From positions 61,232 to 125,231 of the IMG/VR virus record IMGVR_UViG_3300013105_000003: a stretch of DNA of 64,000 bases; one strand, written 5' to 3'. Positions 53,538 to 62,802 of this stretch are shown here, piece after piece. This DNA is from a virus. Taxonomy: Duplodnaviria > Caudoviricetes. Numbering within the stretch: position 1 is the stretch's first letter; each line of letters begins with the position of its first letter. Below the pieces are notes generated by a model. The model saw nothing but the letters and a program-made list of their open reading frames with translations, did not search any database and was not told the origin of the DNA. The position numbers and the translations under genes are program-made.

Positions 53538-54120
53538 GCCTGCCGTGATACAGAACGTCTCCCATATCCGCAGGCACTGGACTTTGCACCAGAGCGGCAC
53601 TTTCTAAATGGCTCCTTTATGCACAAGGAGTGACAGGAAGTGGCCCCCACCCTGTTATTTAATGGTGGCTTCCTGCCAGTAGCCAGTTTAGAACTGACTA
53701 CCCTCTTATTTTCTACAAGATTTTATGACTCTCTATAAAGAGCACTCAGTATCTTGTAGAAGCCGGTCCCACCAGAAGGCCATAGATGGGCGTATGAAAG
53801 GGACTTGGAGATAGGATTCTAGACTCCACGCTCCCGTTTTCCCTTACATGAGTGTGCTGTACTCTACCAGTTAACTGTCTTAGAGCCTAAAGCCTTACAT
53901 GGCATCTCCTATTAAGTTCGATCTTGAGGCGCAGCAACTTCTCGGTTACTTCTACTTTAACCTTCAGGATGGTAGCAGCTAGCGTTTGTCTTTTCATCCG
54001 CCGTCAGGCACGTATCCTTTCGGACCTCAAGTTTATTAAGTTATAGCCAGCATAGGAAGATGGCCTTTTCTTCTTGTTTGCCGCAAGAAGTGACTCTTAG
54101 CAAAGACCTACATTGGACTA
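53538..54120 (-). ncRNA. About 580-nt ORF-free, highly structured RNA (or RNA array) between tRNA-Asn and tRNA-Gln
   Basis: Nested stems CTTGAGG/CCTCAAG, GGAGAT/ATCTCC, TTCTACAAGAT/ATCTTGTAGAA, TGGCAGGAAG/CTTCCTGTCA, GCCTGC/GCAGGC. Confidence 0.6.
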
Positions 54121-54121
54121 G

Positions 54122-54212
54122 CAGGCATAATAGGAATCGAACCTATAACGGGGACTTTTACCCACTTGGTTAACAGCCAAGCGCAACACTTGCCAATAGT
54201 TGCCATATGCCT
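54122..54212 (-). tRNA. tRNA-Asn(GUU) with long variable arm and 5-bp D stem
   Basis: Acceptor AGGCATA/TATGCCT, CTTGG-CTGTTAA-CCAAG, extra arm GGG-TAAAAGT-CCC, T arm ATAGG-TTCGATT-CCTAT. Confidence 0.85.
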
Positions 54213-54258
54213 TTAAATGCGACTTCTCCCGCAGGAACGCACATGTCGCAAAGCGTCG

Positions 54259-54333
54259 TGGATCATCTCGGACTCGAACCGAGAACCTGCGCATTAAGAG
54301 TGCGTTGCTCTAGACCAATTGAGCTAATGATCC
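54259..54333 (-). tRNA. tRNA-Lys(CUU)
   Basis: Acceptor GGATCAT/ATGATCC, D arm GCTC/GAGC, loop CTCTTAA, T arm CTCGG-TTCGAGT-CCGAG. Confidence 0.92.
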
Positions 54334-54558
54334 AATACTCTATTCTTTTGTAGTTACTAGTTTACCACACTGACTTACTTCTGTCAACCAAGTCCTAGAT
54401 TTTCTACTTCGTCAGGACTAAGCTGCTCCGTTGATTCATTGTCATACCAATAATCATCGTTATTTCTCTCTACTCTGAGAATATTTCCACTTTCATCTGT
54501 GTATACATTCTCAGTGTACAGGTACTGGCGAACTTGCAAGTATACTATCTTTTCCATG

Positions 54559-54642
54559 CTCTCCTGGGTGGACTTGAACCACCGACCCATGCCCGAGGCT
54601 AGTTTCCTAGGCAGGCTGCTCTACCGACTGAGCTACAGAAGA
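54559..54642 (-). tRNA. tRNA-like RNA with no anticodon (loop replaced by a GAAA-tetraloop hairpin)
   Basis: TCTTCTG/CAGGAGA acceptor, intact D and T arms, GCCTG-C-CTAG-GAAA-CTAG-CCT-CGGGC. Confidence 0.75.
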
Positions 54643-55540
54643 CCCTTATTAAGTTATTAGTTACACTTTAGAGGTAGCCCTCATCTGTGTCGAACTCTTC
54701 CAGCTCAACACCTAGCTCTTCTGCGACCTCGCCAGCGTTAGCGCCACTCTCCCACATACTAGTGAGAGGTAGATCAAAGATATCACAATAATTCTCATCT
54801 GCGTCAATACCGAAGTACCTATTTAGAAAGTCTAGAATCTCCCAGCCTGCGTTATAGCCACTATCTGAGTAGTACTCATTGTAGGAAATGATGAACCACG
54901 TTCCATCAGGAGTAACTGCTCCAAACTGAGCAAGAACCTTATTGATAAACTCTTCTAGCTCAGGCTCATCATCAGTACGATTTATAGTACCATAATCCAT
55001 CTGGTGCTTAAATACATACTCTTGAATTTCTGTTACTTTACCATACTGTGGGTGGATTGACATTCCCATTTGTAGAGTCTTTCTTTAGGGTAGTGGAAAG
55101 GGACGTTGCATTAGGTCTATAGCGTCTGCCTTATTCATAAATCTGTAGGTTCCTACTTGCTCAACCGTTGTATTGTCAAGGTCTGTTACGTTGGCTTGCC
55201 ACGTAGTATAAAACCTGTCACCATTGTTATTAAGAGGTTGGGAAGTTACAAACTTAAAGATACCCTTTTCAATTTCAAATAAGCCTAGACTCTTCTCAAT
55301 GTGAATATCAAATAGAGTTCGTATTTCCTTATCAAAGAAAGAGCATCCTCCGAAAGTGACTTTCTTCTCAAGTCGATGGAACTCTAGGTACTCGTCAGTC
55401 ATTTCTTCTTTAGTCCTCTATCGAGAGCCTTACCGCAATCTAAGCAGGCTTGTCTACGGATCTTTCCCATAGCTGACATTCTTGCTATAATCTCATCACC
55501 ATATATGTTCCTGGTGCGTAGATGCTTACAGAAGAACAGC

Positions 55541-55945
55541 TTAACGAGCCTCAACACCAGGAATAACAGTAGAAGGCTTAAAGATGACCTTAACATGCTT
55601 AGTACTGACGTTTCGTGCTGAAATCTGGTGAACAAAGACAAAGGTGTTATCTGACTTAAGAATAATATCCTTAAGGTAGCCAGTATCCTCACCAGAAGCC
55701 TTGCAGGTGTAGGTTACACGGTCTGGCTTATCATCATTTCCAAGGGAGCAGAACCCAGTAACTGTCTGGACATACTGGTTTGTAATTGCATTATAAACTA
55801 CGATCTGACGAGCTACCTTGTAGTTGTCTGAGTCCTTGGACAGATTATGACTGACAACATCAGAGTCACTCTGACAAGCTCCTAGGCCAAGGGTCAGACC
55901 AGCAGCCATAATACTAGCGACCGCTACCTTCTTAAAGTTCTTCAC
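55541..55945 (-). CDS. Conserved phage lipoprotein
   Basis: Lipobox LGAC; SD.VS.NLS..DNY.V.R.IV.YN.IT motif. Confidence 0.75.
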   Translation of the reverse strand: MKNFKKVAVASIMAAGLTLGLGACQSDSDVVSHNLSKDSDNYKVARQIVVYNAITNQYVQTVTGFCSLGNDDKPDRVTYTCKASGEDTGYLKDIILKSDNTFVFVHQISARNVSTKHVKVIFKPSTVIPGVEAR

Positions 55946-56488
55946 TCGAAATCCTTTTCCGTATAAAGCATGGGTTGTTTAGACAATCCGTACAGGTCTG
56001 TACGGTTTCTTGTTCCGTCAGTGTAGCATAACACTCTCGATGATACAAGTTCACTGTAGGGACTTTGAACTCTACGTCCATTCCAGTACACTGGAGAGTG
56101 CCATAGTCTACCACAGACTCAAAGCACTTGTCACAGAAATCTAGGTACAGTTCACTCATCTTCGTGGTCCTTAAACCACTTATCATCTACCTTGCTGAAT
56201 TCAATAGCTTCTGTATTTAGGTACTGGTCCAGCTTCTGTTTGAAATACCTGGCCTTTGTTTTATTGGCAGTAAAAGAGTACTCTGCCCAAGGATATCTGC
56301 CACTGCAGCCAAATCCAATACCATAGTAGTGAGGAGTCATAGTCTCTTCTACTGCGTATGTCAGAGCGTCCAGTTCGTCAAACTGGTACTCAAGGGAACC
56401 CCAGCCAGATTCTTCAGCTAGTCGATCTACCGTCTCTTGTGGAATGACTACTCTGTAGTTCCACACGTACTCTCTGCTCATGTGTCAT

Positions 56489-56517
56489 ACTCTATCACTT
56501 GTTAGGTGTGGTGTCAA
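56489..56517 (-). promoter_or_regulatory. SigA-type promoter, leaderless
   Basis: Minus strand TTGACA-N17-TAGAGT, ATG at 56481. Confidence 0.75.
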
Positions 56518-56589
56518 CTACTGTCTCAACACATACATGATCTGGAGAAGTTAGTCCTACACCACCACAAATTATACAATTCCAAGGTG

Positions 56590-57690
56590 TCATAGCAAGT
56601 CTGTCCTTACCTGAGTAACTACAGCCGCGTACTGTGCTGCGTCACACTTAACTAGAATTGAGGGGAGTTTTGTAGTCTCTTCACGACCAAAATAGAGGTC
56701 CATATTCTGGTAAGGACACGACTTAATAGCCTCAGAAATCTGAGAAGATCTTACGTTAACCTTAACCTTTCCCTCCTCGTCCCAAAAGGTATCAATTTCT
56801 TCTGTAGAGTGAGACCCAAAAGAGTCTTTGGTTGACAACTTGATCTTACCTGGAGCCAATTCAAGTGTTAGTAGACCAACCTCATCAGCTGTAACAGAGC
56901 ATCGGAGGATGGCAGTAAGAAGTTCATCCTTCTCTACTTGAACAATATCCTCATTGAGAAGGGTAGGCTTCAAAATAGAGCTAGAAACGTCTGGATACTC
57001 CTCAGATAGTGCTCCTACCACCATTGTTACGTTACCTGACTTCAGTGCAATGCCGTTCTTAGCAGACCTGATGCCAAAGAACTCATCATTATTAGACTTT
57101 AATAGTGTTACAATGTCAGAAACTGCATGAGAAGGAACATTACAATTAGGATATGCGTAATCTGATCTGATTTTATGTAGTCTCATACCATCAGCAGCAG
57201 TAAATTCATTGTTTTTAATGTTCACAGCACACAGAGAAGGACGCTGAGGGTCATTAGAAGCTGCAGAACTGACAGCTACCAAGGATTCTAGGAATGGATG
57301 CCTAGCTACTGTTGCCCAATTTGTAATATTCAGTACAGAAATCTCTGGGTACTCGGTAGCATCCTGGAGATTGAGAGTCCAAGAGGACCGTCCAGAGGTA
57401 ATTATAGCCTTGCGTGGGGAGCAATCAAAAGAGACTATACCCGAAGAGTTACGAGCAATTTTTATCAAAGAAGAGGCATCGAAAATAACCCGGTAGGTGA
57501 GATAGTCCATCTCAATCTCTGTCTCTACACCAACTGTCATAATCCCCTTAGTAGAGATTATATGCAGCTTCCCATTACGTACTTCAAATAGTACGCTTTT
57601 TAGGATAGGAGTAAGAGCCTTCTTTGGCAGACCTAGACTAACTGCTGTGAGTGACCTCACTAGCACGTCTGCGTTAATGTCAAACTTCAT
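56590..57690 (-). CDS. dnaN: DNA polymerase III beta sliding clamp homolog
   Basis: 366 aa; PIL..V.F, EYPEI, AAS.D..RP.L, A.DG.RL, EYPD motifs. Confidence 0.85.
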   Translation of the reverse strand: MKFDINADVLVRSLTAVSLGLPKKALTPILKSVLFEVRNGKLHIISTKGIMTVGVETEIEMDYLTYRVIFDASSLIKIARNSSGIVSFDCSPRKAIITSGRSSWTLNLQDATEYPEISVLNITNWATVARHPFLESLVAVSSAASNDPQRPSLCAVNIKNNEFTAADGMRLHKIRSDYAYPNCNVPSHAVSDIVTLLKSNNDEFFGIRSAKNGIALKSGNVTMVVGALSEEYPDVSSSILKPTLLNEDIVQVEKDELLTAILRCSVTADEVGLLTLELAPGKIKLSTKDSFGSHSTEEIDTFWDEEGKVKVNVRSSQISEAIKSCPYQNMDLYFGREETTKLPSILVKCDAAQYAAVVTQVRTDLL

Positions 57691-57956
57691 GCCTCAGTCG
57701 CAATGCCTTCGATTTTATTCTTCGCTTTATTGATAAGTTCCTTTAATTCTACCACAGAGTCGTCAATGAACTTCTGAGCTGATTCTAGGTCAGTGAATCC
57801 TAGAGCTTTCAACTCTCCAAGACTTGCCTCTAGAGACTCCTTAGCATTGTTCATTTCCATCTCATGGCGCATCTTCTCAGAGTCTAGCTGTGCTTTCTTG
57901 TTTCTTAGATTAGAAAGTTCGGTCTCTAGTTCTCGTAGATCCTTTGCCTCTGTCAT
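57687..57956 (-). CDS. Small coiled-coil protein
   Basis: Heptad-rich, 89 aa. Confidence 0.65.
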   Translation of the reverse strand: MTEAKDLRELETELSNLRNKKAQLDSEKMRHEMEMNNAKESLEASLGELKALGFTDLESAQKFIDDSVVELKELINKAKNKIEGIATEA

Positions 57957-58434
57957 AGCTCACTCTCCACGAGAGGGCGATACTCTCTACCTAGAAAATA
58001 AATAGAATCTTCGTCTGAGTCAATAGATACGTATGGGTCAATGTGTATAATTCCGTCTTCATCAATCTTAGGGTAGGTAGTATCAATTCCGTACCCTAGA
58101 TGGAACCCTTCACTCATTTCCCTTGAAGTCCTTGATCGTCCCAAAGAAGGTATTGAGGTCTTCTTCCAACTTATCCATAAAAGAGGGAGCTTCTGAAGTC
58201 GAGTGGTAGGTATCCAACTTCTCGTCACGAGGAGAGGGTTGGTAGTCTTCTTCAGGAGACTCTTCTACGGATTCATTGTTCTCTTGTAGGTATTCAGCAG
58301 CTAGTTCTAGAAAGCTGATTCCACTAACTAGAGCATCTTCTAGTAACTTCTCTGCAAGAGCTACATCAAGACTTAGGCCACTATCAGCATAGGCAGAAGA
58401 GAGTGCGTGGTACACCTTCTGCAACTTGTTCTTA

Positions 58435-59367
58435 TTATTTGTCATGTTCTAAGTTTACCATACCTAACTTGTCTAGTTCTGTAGTGTCTGAGAGTAACTT
58501 CTGGGCTTCAATAAGTTTAGTAAAGTCTATACGTCCACTATTCATTACCTCTGGAAGTTTGTACAGAGGGCAAGAGTTCCTAACCTCACAACGGTATTGG
58601 CAAGAAGAATCGACTTGGGTCTTTGTAGGGGCTATACCATTCCAGGCAGCTTGAGCGTACCTCATAATGCGATTAGCTATTACTTGAATCTCACGATTCT
58701 CAGGATAAACTTCTGTCAGGAAATTTTTAGTCAGTGGGGTGATAAAGGCAAGACCTGCAAAGTCGTCTGGCTCTAGTCGGAACTTTACCATCCAAGCTAG
58801 CTTGTAGTATGTAAGTTGTCCTAGTGTCTTACCTTCAACATACTTATCGTTGCGAGTGGTCTTGAGGTCATAGAGTTTGAACCCCTCAGGACGCTTCACA
58901 GCGATATCTACGGCATAGAAAAGGTCAACACACCTAAGAGTACCATCAACGTCTGCGACGAGCATACGAGCCGTTCCACGAGCTTCTGGCTCATATGGGT
59001 AAGGTAGTACGTTCTCTCGTAGCCAAGGCTCTAGAGTAGTCAAAGCTTCCTCAATATCTACAAGAACCTTTTTTACATCTTGTGCCTTAGAGCCCTTCCA
59101 TCGAATCTGGTCACCTTGCTTCTCGATATATTCAGCTAGTAAAGTTTTACCTAGAGGAACTGGTGAAGTCTTTTCTGGATTATCAGACTCAAGCCACCGA
59201 CGCATCGCGTTGTCAGTGCAGTTACCACCAAGGAAGTTACGCTGATCTACAATACCTTTTTCTCTATTGCCTTCTCTCATGAGTTGAGCACTTCTAGCAC
59301 AGTCTTCAAAACGAAGTAGCTGTGTCCAAGAGATGCGAAGAGGCTTAGGTTTGCAGTCGTCAGTCAT
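58435..59367 (-). CDS. PD-(D/E)xK nuclease, RecB/Cas4-like
   Basis: RISWTQL..F.DC, E, D.A, YDLKT, QL.YY, C.Y.C.V...C. Confidence 0.85.
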   Translation of the reverse strand: MTDDCKPKPLRISWTQLLRFEDCARSAQLMREGNREKGIVDQRNFLGGNCTDNAMRRWLESDNPEKTSPVPLGKTLLAEYIEKQGDQIRWKGSKAQDVKKVLVDIEEALTTLEPWLRENVLPYPYEPEARGTARMLVADVDGTLRCVDLFYAVDIAVKRPEGFKLYDLKTTRNDKYVEGKTLGQLTYYKLAWMVKFRLEPDDFAGLAFITPLTKNFLTEVYPENREIQVIANRIMRYAQAAWNGIAPTKTQVDSSCQYRCEVRNSCPLYKLPEVMNSGRIDFTKLIEAQKLLSDTTELDKLGMVNLEHDK

Positions 59368-59782
59368 TAATATCGTTTCGGTAATTTGATGGATGGTTCT
59401 GAAACCCTAGAAGGAAGTCAGTAACTTCTTCCTCAGTCATGTGATCCATAGGTACTTTACGGTAGTCTGCAATATTATATACTTTTGCTAGTCCAAAATC
59501 TTTGTTGTAAGAGTTTTCGTACTTAGTGGAAATCTTCTCAATAGTTTGTTCTAGAACTTTTTCAACTGAGTGTGTTGAATCAAGAAAATCACAGAAATGA
59601 GTTTGCATAGTTAAAGTAAACTCTTCGGGTGAAATAGGATAGTCACTACTCTTAAGATCCTCAAATACATCATTGATAAAGTCCTGGAGGGCAGTGATTG
59701 TTCCTGCAAGCTCCTTGGTGGCGGGGTCTAGGTTCATGGCTGTAGGTTATCACTCATCGTCTGGAAGATCAACTTGTCCATA

Positions 59783-60580
59783 CTACTCAACAATCTTTCG
59801 TAGCTGGTCCCAACCATCAAAATTAGAGTCCGTCATACCCTTATATGCCTCAGGAGTAGCGACATGCTCGAACGGGCTAAGATGACGAGACTTTAGTAAT
59901 CTATCTGCTAGCTTACAATCCTTGGCAACATCACTGTCAGAGCCTTGTGTTAGATACGAAACGCGAGCACATCTAGCAACAGAGACCTTACGCAAATTAG
60001 AGAAGTCTAGGTAATCCTTCTCTTTCTCAGTTACATAAGGTAGATGCCACTCACCGTATTGTAACTCGACAGGAGAAGAATGCTGTAAAGCTTCCTTCAT
60101 CACCTGTGCTGTACGCTGAATCTCTGGCTGAGCAGCAGGGTCAATCCTAAGGGTAAAGAAGTTATCCCATTCGGTGGAAGAGATGAGTGCTGTATGCCAC
60201 ATAAAAGGCTCTAGAAGACGGTTTACTAGTTGCTTATGTAACCCTATAGCTTCTAGTGTTCTAGCAGCGTCTACAGCCTTATCCTTGGCTGATAGCCATA
60301 CTTCTCGTGCTCCGTCAACATCAGTATCATTAATTTCTTGATGTGCTGCCATTCCAGGCTGATGCTTACCCCAATAGTCTGGGATGAATGGGTCATTACT
60401 AACCTCATCTATAGTCTTAGTCAGAGACCTGGCACGAGACGAAGCACTATTCCTACTAAACTTTCTATGGGTATTGACTTCTGCCAAAATAAACCTGGGG
60501 AATGTTACTTCCATAGTAGTTAGCCGTGACTCATCTGGTGATATAGAGTCGGCAATAATCTTAGCAGAATAAGTAATCAT
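59783..60580 (-). CDS. thyX: Flavin-dependent thymidylate synthase
   Basis: THRKFSRNSASSRA, HKQ.VNRLLEP, AQPEI, ARCARVSY, H.SPFEH. Confidence 0.92.
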   Translation of the reverse strand: MITYSAKIIADSISPDESRLTTMEVTFPRFILAEVNTHRKFSRNSASSRARSLTKTIDEVSNDPFIPDYWGKHQPGMAAHQEINDTDVDGAREVWLSAKDKAVDAARTLEAIGLHKQLVNRLLEPFMWHTALISSTEWDNFFTLRIDPAAQPEIQRTAQVMKEALQHSSPVELQYGEWHLPYVTEKEKDYLDFSNLRKVSVARCARVSYLTQGSDSDVAKDCKLADRLLKSRHLSPFEHVATPEAYKGMTDSNFDGWDQLRKIVE

Positions 60581-60935
60581 AGAATCAAGTATATCATACT
60601 AGCTCAGTGTTGCAGGCACAGCCACCCTTTGCATCTTGCACAGCTACTCCAGCACAGCGACAGTATGTCTTTAGTGTCTTTTCTTTTGCTTTCTCTGCAG
60701 GTGGTGGAGGGGGACTGAAGGCCCAGCCCAGAATCTTCCATTCCTCACAGTACGTACAGGAACCACCAGAAGAACAACAATCAGTCATTGAACTACACCC
60801 TTCATAACTAAACTACGACTTCTACGACGGCTAGCAGACCTTGCATCTAATTTTAGTGTTAGTAAGTATGCACTACCTGCTCCTACTACGACACCCACAG
60901 CGGAGCAAGTTGTAAGCATCACGACTACAGCTGTT

Positions 60936-61157
60936 TTACGAATCATCGGACTGAGCCTCCAACGCATCTGCGATCTGAGCGCGTAGCTGGTCACGTTGTA
61001 TGAGGAGTGTCATCCGCTCGCCATTAATTAAATCGCGTTCGGTACGAAGTCTTTGTACCTCATCCTCGGCACGCTCTAACCGTCGCTTCAGCACTGAACT
61101 CATCAGGTTATCCAGTAGGTCGGGGGTATCGACGTCGTATGCGATGTGAACCTTCAT
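60936..61157 (-). CDS. Coiled-coil hypothetical protein from a higher-GC donor
   Basis: Start MKVHIAY after CAGGAG SD; RDQLRAQ shared with 45404..46099. Confidence 0.6.
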   Translation of the reverse strand: MKVHIAYDVDTPDLLDNLMSSVLKRRLERAEDEVQRLRTERDLINGERMTLLIQRDQLRAQIADALEAQSDDS

Positions 61158-61567
61158 GGTTGCTCCTGTGCACTCGGCGGGTTGTACGGGTCGGTCATGT
61201 CGTATTTGGCGACGGCTTCCAGCAGGCGTGCGTTGAAGAATGCGGTGCGAGCTGCGTCCCATTCCTTCTGCGCCGCGTCATACCTGCGCCATTCAGAAGT
61301 CCTGTGATCGACGGCGTTCCGCCTATATCCACCGCCGCCTGCCTTGGCGTAATCCAGCCTCGGCTTCGGGTTGTCCTTCTCCCACTGGCCGACGATCTTC
61401 GGAAAGTGGGACGAGCGCGCGCTGACATCGAATCCGAAGCGCGCGCCGATGACGAGGATGCGCCACATTTCCTCTTCATCTAGGAATCCGCTGCCCCAAT
61501 CCATTGATGAGATGACCGTGTCCCATAGGAGTTGCACATCTTCTAGTTCGATTTCGATCTTGGTCAT
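61154..61567 (-). CDS. GC-rich hypothetical protein
   Basis: SMDWGSGFLD.EE motif; flanked by 15-bp repeat TCATGGTTGCTCCTG. Confidence 0.65.
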   Translation of the reverse strand: MTKIEIELEDVQLLWDTVISSMDWGSGFLDEEEMWRILVIGARFGFDVSARSSHFPKIVGQWEKDNPKPRLDYAKAGGGGYRRNAVDHRTSEWRRYDAAQKEWDAARTAFFNARLLEAVAKYDMTDPYNPPSAQEQP

Positions 61568-61799
61568 GGTTGCTCCTGCTCGTCTGCCCGGTTAGTGGTC
61601 ATGCATCTGCCCTACTCGTTGAGTACATGTACTGAAGAGAGTCTTTTAGGTTTTGTTGTTCTGACTCTAGACGGACAACCTCTGCCTCTGCACTCTTCCA
61701 CAGATTTAGGTATAGTTCTGAGAGTGATTTCCAGTCCTCTAGGGACAGCTCTGGTGATTGGTTAAGTTCATTCATGGGGTCTACTATACCACAGACCTC

Positions 61800-62440
61800 T
61801 GGAGAGTGTCTACTGTCTTACAAGGAATTCGCTTCGCTCATGCTGTTTCCTTATAAAGTTTTTAAGTGTCTCCCTCCCTCCCCTAGTCCTTCTGTTCAAG
61901 AGTATCTATTGATCTATAACTAGGTACTACTGTCTGTAGCTGTTACTAGTGGTCTAGAAGATACTCTATGTCTTGAACGTGTCAGTTGAGTTACTACTTC
62001 AGTGTGTGCCAGCGTGGCTCTCTGAACAACCAGCTGGAGGGGAGGACGAGTTATATTGCTATAACTCTACTAAGGTTACTGATGTAACCGTTTCAGTCTC
62101 TTGTGTGTCTGCCTTTCACCGCTTCCGGTGCCTTGGATAAGGATTCCTTAGTAGTAGACCTGTAAGAGTGGAGTGGCGAGTTCCGACTACCTGATGTAAG
62201 TAATAAATTAACATAGACACTGAAGCAACTATGTAACTCTCTGCGTTATGGCAGGACTTATCATCATTACTAAGGAAACGGCGCTCTTGGTTCGCAGCAA
62301 GCGTCCTGCTCTGCCAGTGGGTTAACCATGTTCCGCAGGTTAGCGTTTATACCGCCCGTTCTGTAAACGTCGTCCCCGTCAGTTCCCGGTTGGACCCTTA
62401 CAGACCTATCCACAGCAGGAAGGTGTAAGAACCTTCATAC
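61800..62440 (-). other. ORF-free structured region (large ncRNA or replication origin)
   Basis: Many nested inverted repeats; CGATAATA promoter motif on the minus strand at 62443-62450. Confidence 0.5.
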
Positions 62441-62631
62441 CTTATTATCGCACACTTCAGGTCCAGATGCAAGAGAACTCCCGCGCCATTCTACCTGCAG
62501 CTGTGGTTACAGGGACGGCGCGGGAGCCTCTACATACATATTATCGTATCTTTTCCTTACTACTTAAGTCTACCACATCTAGAACGATAATATGAGTAGA
62601 CCACCTTATTTCTTTCTTGGAGATGTTATTT

Positions 62632-62802
62632 ATGACTAATGGTGAAGGTAAAAACTCCTTCTCTTCAGCTGACTTGGATGCTGCTGTAGATACTTTTGAA
62701 GATGTTCCAGATGCTCCTCAGCATCCTGCAGATGACTTTGATGCTCGTGCATACCTTGCACAGCTTGTAGCTCAGGGTAGAGAAGAAAATGGTGATGCCT
62801 GA
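62632..62802 (+). CDS. Small acidic protein coupled to the endolysin
   Basis: GGAG SD, CGATAATA at 62585, TGATG overlap. Confidence 0.6.
   Translation: MTNGEGKNSFSSADLDAAVDTFEDVPDAPQHPADDFDARAYLAQLVAQGREENGDA

Noticed and set aside
53538-54120. tmRNA, RNase P RNA or cobalamin riboswitch
   Set aside because: No tRNA-Ala-like ends or tag frame, no GAGGAAAGTCC core, and only a GGTGCAAAGTCC fragment without the B12 box
54218-54257. HDV-like theta ribozyme
   Set aside because: Only 4 nt where P3-L3-P3 is required, and no catalytic C in the J4/2 equivalent
54559-54642. Amber suppressor tRNA / stop-codon recoding
   Set aside because: CTA is not in a 7-nt loop after U33; genes such as 15222..15569 end normally at TAG and ORFs are intact in code 11
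58435-59367. CRISPR-associated Cas4
   Set aside because: Stand-alone phage RecB-like nuclease in a replication context; no array or cas1
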